From an uncultured Alphaproteobacteria bacterium (GTDB lineage Bacteria; Pseudomonadota; Alphaproteobacteria; Rs-D84): a stretch of DNA of 64,000 nt. The notes beneath the pieces are model-generated. The model searched no databases and was not told the DNA's origin. It saw only the letters and a program-made list of their open reading frames with translations. Location of the stretch: assembly GCA_934255455.1 (NCBI GenBank), contig CAKQNS010000001.1, forward strand, positions 33,826 through 97,825. Reading direction: 5' to 3'. Positions within the stretch are counted from its first letter, which is position 1. The number at the start of each line of letters is the position of its first letter. This document shows, piece after piece, positions 8,975 to 18,802 of the stretch. Made by a program: the position numbers and the translations under genes.

Positions 8975-9922
8975 TTAAATATCCGCATTTTCCAACCAAC
9001 GAATATCGCCATCATAAAATTGGCGAATATCGTTCAGACCGTATTTTAACATTGCCAACCGGTCCCAGCCAAAACCAAATGCAAATCCCTGGTATTCGTC
9101 CGGATTCACACCACAGTTGCGCAGAACATTTGGATGAACCATTCCGGCACCCATAATTTCCAACCACTTTTTACCCTGCCACAGTAAATCAATTTCAATA
9201 CTTGGTTCGGTAAACGGAAAATACGATGGACGAATGCGTAATTTAACATCATCTATTTCAAAGAATTTCTGTAAAAACGCCTTTACATCGCCAATCAAAT
9301 CACACATTGTGATGTTTTTATCAATGTATAAACCCTCTATCTGGTGGAACATGGGGGCGTGTGTGGCGTCCATTTCCTTGCGATATGTGGAACCAATACC
9401 GAAAATTTTAATTGGCACGCCAAATTTTTCCATAGACCGAATTTGAATTGCCGATGTTTGGGTGCGTAACACATTGCCATTTAATAAAAAGAAACTGTCC
9501 TGCATATCGCGTGCCGGATGATATTCGGGTGTGTTCAGTGCGGTAAAGTTATGCCAATCATCTTCGATCTCGGGTCCGGTTTGCATTGTGTACCCAAATG
9601 ATTCCAGAATGTTTGAAATATCGGCCAGTGCGCGCGTTTGTGGGTGCAGCCCACCGCGTGATTCTGGTGCCGGATTCAGTGTTGCGTCCAATTTTTGTGA
9701 TGCCAATTTTTTCATTAAATCGGCCGTTTCTATTTCCGATTGGCGCAATTTGAACGCCGCGCGCAATTCAGTGTTTTCGGTATTCAGTGCCGCACGCGCG
9801 TCGTTATCCAAATCTTTCATTTGTTTCAATCGCGCGGTCATTGTGCCGCCTTTACCAAATGTCGCGGTATACAATTCCTGTAATTTTTCCAAACTTGTTA
9901 TATTTTTAATCTGTTCCAGCAT
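8975..9922 (-). CDS. pheS: phenylalanyl-tRNA synthetase alpha subunit
   Basis: Class II motifs (FRPSYFPFTEPS, GAGMVHPNVL). Confidence 0.95.
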   Translation of the reverse strand: MLEQIKNITSLEKLQELYTATFGKGGTMTARLKQMKDLDNDARAALNTENTELRAAFKLRQSEIETADLMKKLASQKLDATLNPAPESRGGLHPQTRALADISNILESFGYTMQTGPEIEDDWHNFTALNTPEYHPARDMQDSFFLLNGNVLRTQTSAIQIRSMEKFGVPIKIFGIGSTYRKEMDATHAPMFHQIEGLYIDKNITMCDLIGDVKAFLQKFFEIDDVKLRIRPSYFPFTEPSIEIDLLWQGKKWLEIMGAGMVHPNVLRNCGVNPDEYQGFAFGFGWDRLAMLKYGLNDIRQFYDGDIRWLENADI

Positions 9923-9958
9923 ATTTTTACCTTTTCAAAAAATAAAAGCCGTCGGTTT
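9923..9958 (-). terminator. terminator/attenuator-like hairpin between rplT and pheS
   Basis: Read on the minus strand: gccgtc-aaacc-gacggc followed by ttttattttttg. It lies about 20 nt upstream of the pheS ATG. Confidence 0.45.
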
Positions 9959-10000
9959 GACGGCTTTTATTATTACAAAACAATCAGCCACCGCCAAGGG

Positions 10001-10369
10001 TTATTTGGATTCGGCGCCAATAAATCGTTTTGCAGTTTCCACCAATTTGGTGAAGTTTTCATCCCCAGCATACGCCATTTCTGCCAAGACCTTGCGATCC
10101 AGGACAACGCCGGCCTTTTTCAGACCGTTCATAAACTGGCTGTATGTCAAGCCGTTGCTGCGAACAGCGGCATTGATACGGACAATCCACAACCCGCGGA
10201 ATTCGCGTTTTTTCACGCGACGATCACGGTATGCATACTGGCCCGCTTTTTCCGTTTTTTCACGGGCGGCACGGTATGTTGTGCTGTGGCGACCCAGATA
10301 CCCTTTGGCACGGGCCAATATTTTATTATGCTTCTGTTTAACGGTTGTTCCGCGTTTTACTCTTGCCAT
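10001..10369 (-). CDS. rplT: 50S ribosomal protein L20
   Basis: MARVKRG...[12 protein letters not shown], a typical L20. Confidence 0.95.
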   Translation of the reverse strand: MARVKRGTTVKQKHNKILARAKGYLGRHSTTYRAAREKTEKAGQYAYRDRRVKKREFRGLWIVRINAAVRSNGLTYSQFMNGLKKAGVVLDRKVLAEMAYAGDENFTKLVETAKRFIGAESK

Positions 10370-10383
10370 TTTTTATACCCCCA

Positions 10384-10587
10384 TTATTTCAAACCGTATG
10401 GAGCCAAGATTTTCGCCTGACCAACCATGTTTTCGTTCAGATACTGTGGTTTTGAACCCGCGTTGTTTGCACGTGTGGATTTGTGACGCAACAGTTTCTT
10501 GTGGGCATTACGGGCAACACGGATTTTACCGGTTGCAGTCATAGAAGCGCGCTTTTTCAAGTACGACTTTGTTTTCAGTTTTGGCAT
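10384..10587 (-). CDS. rpmI: 50S ribosomal protein L35
   Basis: MPKLKTKSYLKKR... The true start is an internal Met of the longer ORF in the track and is preceded by an aggtg SD. Confidence 0.9.
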   Translation of the reverse strand: MPKLKTKSYLKKRASMTATGKIRVARNAHKKLLRHKSTRANNAGSKPQYLNENMVGQAKILAPYGLK

Positions 10588-10689
10588 TTTTTCACCTTTT
10601 TTTAGTATCCTGATGGCAATGCCTGCCATTTCGGATTTGTTCTACTGCGCGAATATTGTGGCATAATTAAATGAAAAATCAAGTTTTTA

Positions 10690-11544
10690 TTGAATGTTGG
10701 AATTTTAGCGTATAAACTGGTGTGCATGAACCAAAACAAATTATCATCTGTTTATTCGTTGGTAAAATCGGCAATCGCGGCGGCGGCATTGCCTATCATA
10801 TTCATATACATTATGATTGCAAAGCCTGATTATGCTATTATGAATGCCATGGGGCATATTGTGGTGCCGGTTGCAACCGCCGTTGGTGATTTAATTACAT
10901 GGCCTGTGCGTGCAACGGGAAATCTGATTTCTAATATTCATGAATTGGCCACATTGCGCAGTGAAAACGAAGAATTGCGTGTGCGTCTGGATGCGGCATT
11001 ACAGAATAAAAATATGTGTGATGTGGCATTGCATGAAAACCAAAAATTATCGCATGAATTGGATGTTATGCGCGCAACGCCGCATGGCACGGTTTTGGCT
11101 GATATAATTCATGATAACGCGGCATTTCACCATAACACATTTATTATAAATCGTGGTGTGCGTGATGGTATGGCGCGCGGTATGGCGGTTATGTCAACCG
11201 ATGGGTCGTTGGTTGGAATTATCAGTGAAACCGCACCAACATTTTCGCGTGTGCGCGCACTGACCGATTCTGAATCAAATATTGCCGTGCGTGTGGCGGG
11301 GTCTGAAATATATGGGTTTATGTCTGGGACCGGTGGCGCAAATCCGACAATTGGTTTTTTCAGTGACCCCGAATTTGAACCGACCCCCGGTGTGCAATTG
11401 ATTACCAGCAACATCAGTGGGGTTTTACCGGCGGGAATATTTGTTGGCAAATTGATAAATGACAGTGATGTTCGTGTATTGCCGGTGTCGGAAATATCGC
11501 GCGTAATTGTTTTGCAATTCGATAAATCGAACGAATATAAATGA
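10690..11544 (+). CDS. mreC: rod shape-determining protein MreC
   Basis: N-terminal TM/coiled-coil region (LRSENEELRVRLD) and C-terminal beta domains; followed by mreD-mrdA-rodA. An alternative start exists at 10726. Confidence 0.8.
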   Translation: MNVGILAYKLVCMNQNKLSSVYSLVKSAIAAAALPIIFIYIMIAKPDYAIMNAMGHIVVPVATAVGDLITWPVRATGNLISNIHELATLRSENEELRVRLDAALQNKNMCDVALHENQKLSHELDVMRATPHGTVLADIIHDNAAFHHNTFIINRGVRDGMARGMAVMSTDGSLVGIISETAPTFSRVRALTDSESNIAVRVAGSEIYGFMSGTGGANPTIGFFSDPEFEPTPGVQLITSNISGVLPAGIFVGKLINDSDVRVLPVSEISRVIVLQFDKSNEYK

Positions 11545-11999
11545 AAGAAAATATAATAAAATTTTTACGCAATACATTTCCATTTGTAATGGTTATTGCA
11601 TTGTGGCGATTGGCCCTGCCCGTGTGGAATCCGGCGGGGGTGTTGGCGTTGATACCAATATTTTTCTGTTCGTTTGTCCAGCCCGTACCATATTTTATGG
11701 GTATGGGAATATTGTTCAGTTTTTTAATTGATTATAATTCAAACACACTGTTTTTCTGGACGGCGTTATATTGTTTCGTTTATGCGATAAACGGTTTTCA
11801 AAATTACATAGATTTACCGCGTGCGGCAAATCGTGCGATTGTGCCATTTATGATATATTTTGGTGTGGGTATTTTGTTTTTGGTATTGACGCATTTCAGT
11901 TGGGCGGTATTGGCGCGCGGGTTGTGGACATTTATCTGGGGCACAATACTGTATACACCAATTGTTATGTTGATTCAGGGGGCACGTGATGATAGATAA
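11541..11999 (+). CDS. mreD: rod shape-determining protein MreD
   Basis: Small polytopic membrane protein placed between mreC and mrdA. Confidence 0.65.
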   Translation: MKENIIKFLRNTFPFVMVIALWRLALPVWNPAGVLALIPIFFCSFVQPVPYFMGMGILFSFLIDYNSNTLFFWTALYCFVYAINGFQNYIDLPRAANRAIVPFMIYFGVGILFLVLTHFSWAVLARGLWTFIWGTILYTPIVMLIQGARDDR

Positions 12000-13770
12000 A
12001 GAGGTTGCCCGCACATTTGACCGCCGTGCCGCGTTGTTTTTAACCGCGGGCAGTGTTTTAACATCTGTATTGATATTGCGTATGTTGCAGATGCAGGTTT
12101 TTAACTATCGCGAATACACCAGAAAAAGTGAAAACAATTCATTTCGTATCCGTATGAATATGCCCCAACGCGGACGGATTTTATCGGCGTCTGGTGCGCC
12201 TATTTCGCGTGATGTGCCAATATATCGGATATATATCGTTCCCGAAGAGGCCGAAGACCTGGACGCGTTGATTGATACTGTATCTGTGGAATTAAAATTG
12301 AATGCAAAACGCGTTGCAAAAATTCGCGCGCGTATAAAAAAACAACCGCGATTCCAACCAACATTAGTCAGTGAAAATACAAATTGGGAAAAATTAGCGA
12401 AATTACAGGCACGCAACCTGCCCGGGTTGCGCGTGGCCAGTGGTTATGCCCGTGTATATGAAATGGGGCCCGCCGGCGCCCAGGTGTTTGGGTATGTTGG
12501 TGCCCCAGACAGACCCGTTGCCAGTGCGCCGTTTTTTACAACCGGAATCACTGGATTGGAAAAACGTTTTAATGATGAATTATCCGGCACGCCCGGTCAA
12601 ACGGTTATGATAACCAATGCCACTGGCCGCGTCACGGGCGAAGATAAATCGCAATACATTGTGCCAATCGCCGGTGATGATATTAAAACAACCATAAATG
12701 ATGGTGCACAACGCGCGTTATATGACGCATTGACGGCGCATCGCGCGGGATGTGGTGTTGCAATGGATGTTGAAACCGGTAATATTTTGGCAATGGTTTC
12801 AACGCCCAGTTTTGATCCTAATGAATTCGGTGCCGACGATGGTGATGAATATATTGCATCATTACGAAATGATACGGCCAAACCATTTATGAACAAGGTG
12901 GTCGAGGGTCTGTACCCACCCGGGTCAACATTCAAAATAGTTGTTGCGTTGGCGGGGCTGGAATCGGGTGCAATTACACCAAATGAAAAAATATTCTGTC
13001 CGGGGCATTGGGATTACGGTGACCGCCGTTATCATTGCTGGGAGGCCCACGGTCACGGTTGGGTTGATTTGGCGGGCGCACTGAAACATTCGTGCGACAT
13101 ATATTTTTACCAGGTGGCATTGCGCATTGGTATTGATGCAATTCGCGCCATGGCGGTAAAATTGGGATTTACCGAAAAATATATGGATGGTATTTTATCG
13201 CGCGAAATGGCGGGTGTTATTCCCGACCGATATTGGAAAGAAAAACAAATCGGGTATCATTGGGTTCACGGTGACACTATTATTTCCGGCATCGGCCAGG
13301 GATTTATTCTGGCAAATTGTTTGCAATTAGCGGTAATGATGGCGCGTACGGTTTCTAATCGTGTGGTTATGCCGCGTTTAATGGTGACAGATGCCAAACC
13401 TAAATTTGATGCATTGGGATTACAGGCTAAAAACATTAAATATGTTTTGGATGGTTTGGAACAGGTGACGCGTTCCGGTGGAACCGCCGCCGGCAGTGCG
13501 ATAAATGTTGGTGGCGCAAAAATGGGCGGCAAAACCGGAACATCCCAGGTGCGCAGCATTTCCAAGGCCGAACGAAAAAGTGGTGTTTTGACCAACGAAC
13601 AATTAAAATGGCACATGCGCAATCATGGGTTGTTTGTTGGATATGCACCAACCACAAATCCGAAATATGTCGTATGTGTTATTACCGAACACAGTGGCGG
13701 CAGTGGTCAGGCCGCGCGCACCGCGGCGGCGGTAATGCGCAATTTATTGGGTGGGAAAAATAAAAAATGA
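11986..13770 (+). CDS. mrdA: penicillin-binding protein 2 (elongasome transpeptidase)
   Basis: STFK, SCD-like (HSCDIYF) and KTGT motifs. Confidence 0.9.
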   Translation: MMIDKEVARTFDRRAALFLTAGSVLTSVLILRMLQMQVFNYREYTRKSENNSFRIRMNMPQRGRILSASGAPISRDVPIYRIYIVPEEAEDLDALIDTVSVELKLNAKRVAKIRARIKKQPRFQPTLVSENTNWEKLAKLQARNLPGLRVASGYARVYEMGPAGAQVFGYVGAPDRPVASAPFFTTGITGLEKRFNDELSGTPGQTVMITNATGRVTGEDKSQYIVPIAGDDIKTTINDGAQRALYDALTAHRAGCGVAMDVETGNILAMVSTPSFDPNEFGADDGDEYIASLRNDTAKPFMNKVVEGLYPPGSTFKIVVALAGLESGAITPNEKIFCPGHWDYGDRRYHCWEAHGHGWVDLAGALKHSCDIYFYQVALRIGIDAIRAMAVKLGFTEKYMDGILSREMAGVIPDRYWKEKQIGYHWVHGDTIISGIGQGFILANCLQLAVMMARTVSNRVVMPRLMVTDAKPKFDALGLQAKNIKYVLDGLEQVTRSGGTAAGSAINVGGAKMGGKTGTSQVRSISKAERKSGVLTNEQLKWHMRNHGLFVGYAPTTNPKYVVCVITEHSGGSGQAARTAAAVMRNLLGGKNKK

Positions 13771-14912
13771 CACGACAAACACGCGTTTCTAATGCCAGTA
13801 TGATGACATTGTCGGAAAAACTATCACGATTTTCCGTGGCGTTGTTCATACCAATGTGTTTGGTTTTGGCAACATCCATAGTTGTGTTGTTTTCGGCGGG
13901 CGGTGGCGCATGGCGACCGTTTGCACTGTCACAATTGGTAAAGATTTTATTGGGTTTTGGTGTGTTTTTCTTTGCTGCATTTACGAACATAAAAACATGG
14001 ATTAAATCGGCGTATGTTATTTATGCGGTTGCATTGATAATGATAATTTTGGTCACATTTGTGGGACATACCGGCATGGGGGCCCAGCGGTGGCTGAACC
14101 TGGGATTTATTCATATTCAACCATCGGAATTTATTAAAATTGCGCTGGTGCTGGCATTGGCGCGGTATTTTGCATGGATGAATTCTGTGGAATTATCCCA
14201 GATAAAAAATTACCTGGTGCCAATTGCAATGTTGTTGGTGCCGTTCGGTCTGATTGTTGCACAACCAGATTTAGGTACGGCATTGTCAATGGGAATGATT
14301 ACTGTTGGTGTGTTCTATATCGTTGGCGCGCAAAAGAAATGGTTTATTATCGCAATTATTTTGGGCGTAATTGCAATGCCTGCGGTTTGGTATGGTGGTT
14401 TGCATGAATACCAGCGCGACCGAATCATCACATTTGTAAACCCCGACCATGACGCAACGGGTGCTGGTTGGCAGATAAACCAGGCAAAAATCGCATTTGG
14501 TTCTGGGGGGATGACGGGCAAGGGGTATTTGCGTGGCTCGCAATCACAACAATCATTTTTACCAGAAAAGCAAACCGATTTTATATTCACAATGCTGGGC
14601 GAAGAATTAGGCTTTATCGGTGCGTTTGCGTTGATTGCGGTGTATACTTGGATAATTTTGGTATTATTTTGGTGTGCAAAAACATGTCGGAATAGATTTG
14701 GGCAACTTATCTGTTTTGGTTTTATGTTGAACTTTTTCATTTATTATTTTATAAATATTTCCATGGTGCTGGGGCTGATGCCGACCGTCGGTGTGCCATT
14801 GCCGTTGATGTCTTTTGGCGGCAGCAGTCTGTTATCACTGATGTTTGGATTTGGTCTGGCCCAGAATGCACATATTCACAAAGATCAACAATTATCTGCC
14901 AAGGGGAGTTAG
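13767..14912 (+). CDS. rodA: SEDS-family peptidoglycan polymerase RodA
   Basis: FtsW/RodA-type polytopic protein immediately after mrdA. Confidence 0.9.
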   Translation: MTRQTRVSNASMMTLSEKLSRFSVALFIPMCLVLATSIVVLFSAGGGAWRPFALSQLVKILLGFGVFFFAAFTNIKTWIKSAYVIYAVALIMIILVTFVGHTGMGAQRWLNLGFIHIQPSEFIKIALVLALARYFAWMNSVELSQIKNYLVPIAMLLVPFGLIVAQPDLGTALSMGMITVGVFYIVGAQKKWFIIAIILGVIAMPAVWYGGLHEYQRDRIITFVNPDHDATGAGWQINQAKIAFGSGGMTGKGYLRGSQSQQSFLPEKQTDFIFTMLGEELGFIGAFALIAVYTWIILVLFWCAKTCRNRFGQLICFGFMLNFFIYYFINISMVLGLMPTVGVPLPLMSFGGSSLLSLMFGFGLAQNAHIHKDQQLSAKGS

Positions 14913-14918
14913 AACGAT

Positions 14919-17180
14919 ATGAATTTACTGATTGTGGAATCACCATCCAAGGCGAAAACGATTGAGAAATATCTGGGTGCGGGCTGGCGCGTGATTGCGT
15001 CGGTTGGGCATGTTCGCGACCTGGTGCCGGAAAATGGCAGTGTTGATACCGCGCATAATTTCGATATGAAATGGCAAATTATGCCGGGCAAGGAAAAGCA
15101 AATTAAACTGATTATCGATGAATTAAAAAAGGCCGATGCGGTGTATCTGGCATCCGACCCTGATCGCGAGGGCGAGGCTATTGCATGGCATATTCTGGAT
15201 ATTTTGACCGCGAAAAAGGTGTTGGCGGGTAAACCGGTTTATCGCGTTGCGTTTCACGAAATTACGAAAAAGGCCGTTATGGCGGCAATTGAACATCCGC
15301 GTGAAATAGACCAGAATTTGGTTGATGCATATATGGTTCGTCGCGCGTTGGATTACCTGATTGGATTTGGTATTTCGCCATTGCTGTGGCGCCGCAATTT
15401 GGGTAAATCGGCCGGTCGTGTGCAATCGGTTGCGGTAAAACTGGTCGTTGACCGCGAACGCGAAATAGAAGCGTTCAAACCCGTTGAATATTGGTCGCTG
15501 GGTGCCGCGTGCCGCGCGAATGATGCGGCGTTTAATGCGAATTTAATTTCGGCGGCGGGTAAAAAAATTGAAAAGATGACCATTGGGAATAAATCTCAAA
15601 TGGATGAAATTTTGTCACAAATCGGCACACCAGAAATTGCGTGCACGGTTATTGCAATTGACAAGAAAAAAACATCGCGTCGTGCCGCCGCCCCATTTAC
15701 CACCAGCACCCTGCAACAGGAAGCGGCGCGTAAATTATACTTTGCATCAAAACGCACGATGGCAACCGCCCAAAAATTGTATGAACAGGGTTTAATCACA
15801 TATATGCGTACGGATGCGACAAATTTGTCGGCGGATGCGGTAAATGAAATTCGCGCGTACATCGGTCGCACATACGGCGATGCATTTGTTCCAAAAAATC
15901 CGAACATTTATGTCACTAAATCCAAAAATGCCCAGGAAGCGCACGAGGCAATTCGCCCGACGCACTTTGATGGTGCCACCCCGAAACTGACCGGGGACGA
16001 GGCCAAGTTATACGACCTGATTTGGAAACGTACAATTGCGTGTCAAATGACCAATGCCGAATTTGACAGTGTTGCCGCAGATATTGAAAACAATGCACAC
16101 AGCGCGATTTTCCACGCCGTTGGTACCACCCGCACATTTGATGGTTTTATGCGTGTTTATACCGAATCACGCGATGATGATGCGGATGCAAACGAATCAA
16201 AATTGCCACCGTTGTCGGTGGGTGACGCGGTGACAATAACTGAATTGACACCCGAACAACACTTTACACAACCCCCCGCCCGTTATACCGAGGCGTCATT
16301 GGTTAAAAAATTAGAAGAATTGGGAATCGGTCGTCCATCAACGTATGCAACAATTATGTCAACGATTGTTGACCGTGGTTATGTTGAACAAGATAAACAA
16401 CGTCGTTTTCATCCGACATCGGGCGGATGGGTTATTGCGGCGTATCTGGCCAAATATTTTGATGAATTGGTCGATGTGAATTTCACCGCAAAGACCGAAG
16501 ATACCCTGGACGATGTGTCAAATGGCAAACAGGATAAAATCGCCGCACTGCGCGCGTTCTGGACACCAACCGAGGGTATGATTGATGGTGCGCGTGGCGT
16601 AAAAACAACCGAAATTATTGACCAGATAAACAGTGTTATGCACAATCACCTGTTCCCAGATGGTAATGATAAATGTCCAAAGTGTGGTGGAAAACTGGGG
16701 ATAAAATTATCAAAATTTGGTGCGTTTATCGGGTGCGAAAATTACCCAACATGTAATTACACACAACGTTTATCGGATGTCACCGCACCAACATCAGATA
16801 CGGCGGACGCCGCGGCAAAGCCCGCAAATGCGTCTGTTGATTTGGGTGATGGTATTTCGTTCCGTGTGGGACGTTTTGGCCCGTATGTGACCGATGGCAA
16901 GAAAAACGCCGCGGCAAAACAATATACGGCGGAAACAATCACACTGGACGCGGCGCGCGAATTATTGGCGGGCGGCCCCAAAAAGGCCGAGCCAATCGAA
17001 CTGGGTAAAAATCCGGCAACAGACCAGATTATTTACTTTTATCCGACCGGTCGGTATGGCGCATACATTTCATCAAATCGCGTAAATGTATCGGTCAAGG
17101 AACAACCCGACCTGGCAACCGCAATTGAATTGATAAATAACAAGAAACCATCCACCCGGTTTCGCAAGAAAACAAAGTAA
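14919..17180 (+). CDS. topA: DNA topoisomerase I
   Basis: Toprim N-terminus (LLIVESPSKAKTIEKYLG), the active-site tyrosine region and a C4 zinc ribbon (CPKCGG...C). Confidence 0.95.
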   Translation: MNLLIVESPSKAKTIEKYLGAGWRVIASVGHVRDLVPENGSVDTAHNFDMKWQIMPGKEKQIKLIIDELKKADAVYLASDPDREGEAIAWHILDILTAKKVLAGKPVYRVAFHEITKKAVMAAIEHPREIDQNLVDAYMVRRALDYLIGFGISPLLWRRNLGKSAGRVQSVAVKLVVDREREIEAFKPVEYWSLGAACRANDAAFNANLISAAGKKIEKMTIGNKSQMDEILSQIGTPEIACTVIAIDKKKTSRRAAAPFTTSTLQQEAARKLYFASKRTMATAQKLYEQGLITYMRTDATNLSADAVNEIRAYIGRTYGDAFVPKNPNIYVTKSKNAQEAHEAIRPTHFDGATPKLTGDEAKLYDLIWKRTIACQMTNAEFDSVAADIENNAHSAIFHAVGTTRTFDGFMRVYTESRDDDADANESKLPPLSVGDAVTITELTPEQHFTQPPARYTEASLVKKLEELGIGRPSTYATIMSTIVDRGYVEQDKQRRFHPTSGGWVIAAYLAKYFDELVDVNFTAKTEDTLDDVSNGKQDKIAALRAFWTPTEGMIDGARGVKTTEIIDQINSVMHNHLFPDGNDKCPKCGGKLGIKLSKFGAFIGCENYPTCNYTQRLSDVTAPTSDTADAAAKPANASVDLGDGISFRVGRFGPYVTDGKKNAAAKQYTAETITLDAARELLAGGPKKAEPIELGKNPATDQIIYFYPTGRYGAYISSNRVNVSVKEQPDLATAIELINNKKPSTRFRKKTK

Positions 17181-18802
17181 TGGCAAATTACGATAAAAAC
17201 TTTACCGATGAACTGCGCACGCGATTGTCAATCGTGGATGTGGTGTCACGGCGCGTGCCATTGACGAAAAAGGGGCAAAATTACTGGGGATGTTGTCCAT
17301 TTCACAATGAAAAAACACCCAGTTTTTCCGTGAACGAGGACAAGGGTTTCTATCACTGTTTTGGTTGTGGTGAACACGGCGACATTATTTCGTTCACAAT
17401 GAAATCTGAAAATGTTGGTTTTGTTGACGCAATCAAAGAATTGGCCGATATGGCGGGTATGAAATTGCCAGAATTCAAACCGCGTGACCCAGCGGCCGTC
17501 AAACGCGAAGAATCGTATTTTGACATTACCGAACGGGCGGCGGTGGAATACCAAAAGCAATTATTCACGCCCGCGGGTGCGGTTGCATTGGAATATATCC
17601 GTGGGCGCGGATTTTCCGACGAAATGATAAAAAAATATCGTTTGGGATATGCGCCAAAAAATAATTTAATCGCAAATAAATTTGCAAATACGAAACAAGA
17701 TATTTTGATTGGTACGGGGCTGTGCCGGCGCGGCGAATACGGGATGTATGATTTCTTTCGCGATAAATTGATGTTTCCGATTTTTTCCGCCCGTGGCCAG
17801 GTTGTGGCGTTTTCAGGGCGCAGTCTGGATGGATCCGAACCCAAATATATCAACACCGCGGATACGGAAATATTTCATAAACGCAAAACGATTTTTGGAT
17901 TTAACTTTGCCCGCGAAAACATCCATCGCAACAATCGCACCATTATTGTCGAGGGTCAAATAGACGCCATTCAAATGCAGTGTCATGGTTTCCCCGAAAC
18001 GGTCGCGCCATTGGGAACGGCCCTGACCGAAGATCATATTGCAATCCTGTGCAAGGCAAACAGAAACATCGTATTTTGCTTTGACGGTGACACCGCCGGG
18101 CAAAAGGCCGCGACGCGTGCCGCAAATTTGGTATTGCCCTTTATTCATGATAATTCGGATGTCAGATTTGCATTTGTGACGGGGGGCAAGGACCCCGATG
18201 AAATCCTGAAAAAATCGGGCGATGCCGCAATGCGCGCGATTATTGATAATGCAACGGGCTTGACCGATTTTATATGGGATATTGCGAATAAAAACTATAT
18301 TGTATCAACCCCGGGCGGTCGCGCCCAGGCGGAAAAATTCTTGAAATCACAAACCGAGAAAATTACGGATGCGGCCCTGCGCGCAGAATACGAAAACGAA
18401 TACAATTCGCGTAAATTTAACCAGTGGCACAAATGGTCACGCAAAACATCGGCGCCTGAAATTGCGGTGCCAGAAATTGATGCAATTACGCGCAACACAT
18501 TGGTATTTATCACAAACAAGTATCCGGAAATTGCCGAACGATATGCAGAATTTTTGGGAACACTGAAAATATCGCTGGATGGTGATGCGCCGGAATTAAA
18601 TCTGGATGCGGCGGCGGCAGAAAAATATATTGTTTCATTGAAATTGCAAAATTATTTGAAACGTCTGCGCGCCGAACAAAAAGAATTGACCGCGGCAATG
18701 TTGGGTGAAAATGCGTCCGGTGATATCGCTGAAAAATTGTCCACCGTGAATTCTGAAATCATTAAATGCCAGGATAAATTAGAAATGCTGATTACATTGT
18801 AA
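17180..18802 (+). CDS. dnaG: DNA primase
   Basis: Zinc-binding CCPFHNEKTPSF...CFGCG and a Toprim core. Confidence 0.9.
   Translation: MANYDKNFTDELRTRLSIVDVVSRRVPLTKKGQNYWGCCPFHNEKTPSFSVNEDKGFYHCFGCGEHGDIISFTMKSENVGFVDAIKELADMAGMKLPEFKPRDPAAVKREESYFDITERAAVEYQKQLFTPAGAVALEYIRGRGFSDEMIKKYRLGYAPKNNLIANKFANTKQDILIGTGLCRRGEYGMYDFFRDKLMFPIFSARGQVVAFSGRSLDGSEPKYINTADTEIFHKRKTIFGFNFARENIHRNNRTIIVEGQIDAIQMQCHGFPETVAPLGTALTEDHIAILCKANRNIVFCFDGDTAGQKAATRAANLVLPFIHDNSDVRFAFVTGGKDPDEILKKSGDAAMRAIIDNATGLTDFIWDIANKNYIVSTPGGRAQAEKFLKSQTEKITDAALRAEYENEYNSRKFNQWHKWSRKTSAPEIAVPEIDAITRNTLVFITNKYPEIAERYAEFLGTLKISLDGDAPELNLDAAAAEKYIVSLKLQNYLKRLRAEQKELTAAMLGENASGDIAEKLSTVNSEIIKCQDKLEMLITL

Noticed and set aside
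9923-10000. A Phe-rich pheM-type leader peptide upstream of pheS.
   Set aside because: There is no ATG-initiated ORF. The only frame is TTG-start with 3 Phe in 18 codons, which is too weak to call.
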